NCBI RefSeq assembly: GCF_009914755.1 | Contig: NC_060936.1 | Source of the DNA: the human T2T-CHM13v2.0 reference genome, Homo sapiens | Length of the DNA stretch: 64,000 nucleotides | Strand: one strand, 5' to 3' | In this document: positions 62,101-64,000 of the stretch, piece after piece | Position numbering within the stretch: position 1 is the first letter of the stretch | Layout of the letters: each line of letters begins with the position of its first letter | The notes under the pieces: model-generated | The model's database searches: none | Seen by the model: only the letters and a program-made list of their open reading frames with translations | Told to the model about the DNA's origin: nothing | Made by a program: the position numbers and the translations under genes

Positions 62101-63639
62101 TGCTAGCATTGTAGCCTGCATGCCTGAGTCCTGCTCTTGATAGGGAGAAAAGAAAGAAAGAAAGAAGTGAATGAAATGAATAGTAGCCCACAAAGGAAGT
62201 TCAAGGAAAGGACTGTTTTTATGTTTTTTGAAGATGGGAGACCTCACATCAGCAAACAGCATTACAGCTATTGTCACATCCCAGATGTTTATTGTGTGGA
62301 ATTAATGGCAGCAATGAGTGGAAGTGTTTTAGGCTTACTTTAACGTCACAACCCCCAGACTATGGATAAGCTGAGAGGCTTCACAGATCATCCTTTGAGA
62401 ACCACCAGTCTGATGGCATCAACATTGACCTTGATGTCAAGGGACTCGCATTCTTGTTATGGTTCTGTCTGTGGCTAACCATATGTCCTGGGGAAAGTCA
62501 TTTAGCGTCTGCTTTGGTTTCCTGTCTGAATACCTGACCCTTCCTGCTTTATGGGGATGTTGCAAAATGAGTAGAGAGAGGGTATGAGAGAATGCTTTGT
62601 ATTCTTATAATAAAGGTGCTCTGTGTTTCTAAAGGATTATTATTAATTCATCCAGAATAAAGAGTATAAACTAAGCTGAACAATAAATAGACCTGATGAA
62701 AGTGCTCACAGTTTCCTGCTTTGCATAACACACATCTCTGCCTTGGCTGCTGTTAGCACCAAATGATTCCAGCTACTTGTTCCAAATGTTTAATCAGTGA
62801 TTTTCTGTGATGGCACATTTGGTAATGTTTAAAAGAATGTGCATAAAGATGAAACAAATGTTATCTGGGACAAGTTGATCCAAGGATAGGAGTTTTATAA
62901 TTAAGAACAGTATTTTACGCACCACCACCACCACAAGCACACAAACAACTGATTAAACGATGGAACAGTAACCAAGTGCAACCTGATGTTGGATTAAGAT
63001 TAGCTCCATAAACAGCCAGCAGCAACATGTTAGCCTACAAAGGACTGAAGAATCTTGTGGCAAATCTTCAATTTGTGGCTAATGACTTAATCGATCTCAT
63101 GCAATTTCAAAGTCAGAAAAATTTGAGGAAACAAATATATGAGAGGTTGAAGACCCAAAAATACAAGCCTTGCAACTTAAACCCTCAGCAGTTAAATTTA
63201 TATTTAACAGTGATTAAGTATTGGGATCATATAAGGGGCCATAATTTCATCAGGAGGCATGAAAATGGCTATGTTCACTTTTTTAACTGAACTAAGCAGA
63301 TTTAATGTTTTCCTAAGAAAGGATGCGAAATTCAACTGTTAGCAAGTCACAGATGATTCTAGTTGGCTTATGGTGGACTAAATAGAAACTTATTTTTAAG
63401 GGAGTGAATAAAAACATTTTTATTGGATACTTTCTATACTATCCCTGAATCTAAAAGTTTGTGATTTATAGGTTAACTATCCAAATTATATAAATATGAA
63501 AATTTTCTCCCTAAACTAGTTCATTAAAGAGTTAAAATGAAATTAACAATCTGACTCCTGCCTTCAGTTTAGCTTCATCTCCAGATGCTCCTAAGAAGCC
63601 CAGCCATCAAGCCAACTGTGACAAGGTTTCTGAAGCTGC

Positions 63640-63930
63640 CGTGATTTTATAGGGGGTTGCCTCTGCCTGGAATGCCCTTTTCTTCCCCTGTCTGGCTAAC
63701 TCCTGCTCAGGCTTAGAGAATCAAATCATCATTGCTTCATCTGTGAAGACCTCCACAAGCCCACTCTCACCATCTCTGCTGCATCACAAATGAGGTCTGT
63801 CCTCTTCCTTTATGTTCCCAGAGCTTTATACATTTGTCTTTATTTTACCCTGTATTGACTTTTCTAAACTTGCCTAGCCTCCCAACCCTATAAAGCTAGA
63901 GATCAATAAGCTATATTTTCAGTTTTTGAT
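63640..63930 (+). mobile_element. L2 LINE 3' relic
   Basis: CCTCTGCCTGGAATGCCCTT...GGCTAACTCCTGCTCA...CTGTGAAGACCTCC motifs. Confidence 0.65.
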
Positions 63931-64000
63931 CAACCTTCTTCTCTGTCTCTATCACACACAGTTTCCTTCTGCAATTTTCATCTCACTTTCTTCTAGATCT

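Overview
AT-rich human genomic DNA, either intergenic or deep intronic. The species call rests on two near-consensus human-specific Alus, an AluYb8 at 12330 and an AluYa5 at 41333. I recognise no intact protein-coding gene, tRNA, rRNA or CRISPR array. The window is a layered record of mobile elements. It holds a 3-kb 5'-truncated L1PA3/4-like insertion with a 17-bp TSD and broken ORF2, an older L1 with a twin-priming 5' inversion that later received the AluYb8, and a ~5-kb ancient L1MD/ME-like copy. There are about eleven Alu/FLAM copies, two THE1 solo LTRs, an MLT1 LTR, Charlie1-, MER58A- and MER6A-type DNA transposons, many MIR/L2 relics, and a decayed RPS6 processed pseudogene with a TSD. 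I found no convincing new biological system. The most unusual observations are a 54-bp unique-sequence duplication 1.67 kb apart, a perfect 25-bp inverted repeat bracketing a microsatellite block, a triple-hairpin plus T20 cassette, a CpG-retaining zone around a diverged AluY, several template-switch-like microduplications, candidate non-coding exons and homeobox-motif-rich enhancer-like blocks. Repeat subfamily names come from remembered consensus sequences, not a database search, and boundaries of old elements are approximate.
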